Positions 56,742 through 56,927 of a stretch of 56,927 nt of DNA are shown one piece after another. A program made the translations under genes and the position numbers. Within the stretch, counting starts at the first letter, position 1. Every line of letters begins with the position of its first letter. Origin of the DNA: Roseiarcus sp. GTDB lineage: Bacteria > Pseudomonadota > Alphaproteobacteria > Rhizobiales > Beijerinckiaceae. The notes under the pieces were generated by a model that did not search any database, was not told the DNA's origin, and saw nothing but the letters and a program-made list of their open reading frames with translations. The stretch is taken from the NCBI GenBank assembly GCA_049584355.1, contig JBAUXQ010000121.1, positions 1 through 56,927 of the forward strand. The letters are read 5' to 3'.

Positions 56742-56927
56742 CGCGGCGCGGCGAACGGGGCGCCGTATGTGTAGCTCGGCGGATAGCCGAAGAGCGCCGC
56801 CACGCCGCCAAACACTCCGCCCAGGACCCCGCCCACAATGGCGCCGGCGCCGGTAAAGACTCCCTGCACGGCCTGGCCGGTTCCACCCACGACGTTGCCG
56901 ACCGCCGCCACCGGGCCCCAGGCGTAG
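56742..56927 (-). other. Fragment of a Gly-rich hydrophobic ORF entering from the window edge
   Basis: YAWGPVAAVGNVVGGTGQAVQGVFTGAGAIVGGVLGGVFGG..., open to the edge and abutting the ABC fragment. Confidence 0.4.

Noticed and set aside
1..56927. CRISPR arrays, tRNA/rRNA genes, transposases, integrases, recognised anti-phage systems
   Set aside because: No regularly spaced repeats, RNA gene signatures or such protein motifs were seen by eye.

Overview
GC-rich bacterial DNA, probably alphaproteobacterial (inferred from gene content), with two parts. (1) 1-47.1 kb is a dense acyl-CoA catabolic region: 7 acyl-CoA dehydrogenases, 3 CoA ligases, 5 SDRs, 4 crotonases, 2 MaoC hydratases, a BKACE enzyme, an HMGS-DUF35/thiolase pair, 2 APH-family kinases and a Liv-type ABC transporter. 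Its core is a cyclohexanecarboxylate-type ring-cleavage set (aliA x2, aliB, badH, badI). Six promoter regions share an 18-bp palindrome, probably bound by two paralogous MarR proteins. (2) 47.4-55.8 kb is a minus-strand cassette with three separate fluoride (crcB-motif) riboswitches. They precede a decaying Hyf/Ehr-type membrane complex operon, a coupled pair of atypical MutS-like ATPases, and a histidine phosphatase. No fluoride exporter is present in the window. The window ends in an ABC-ATPase pseudogene. All calls come from motif recognition by eye; no database searches were run.
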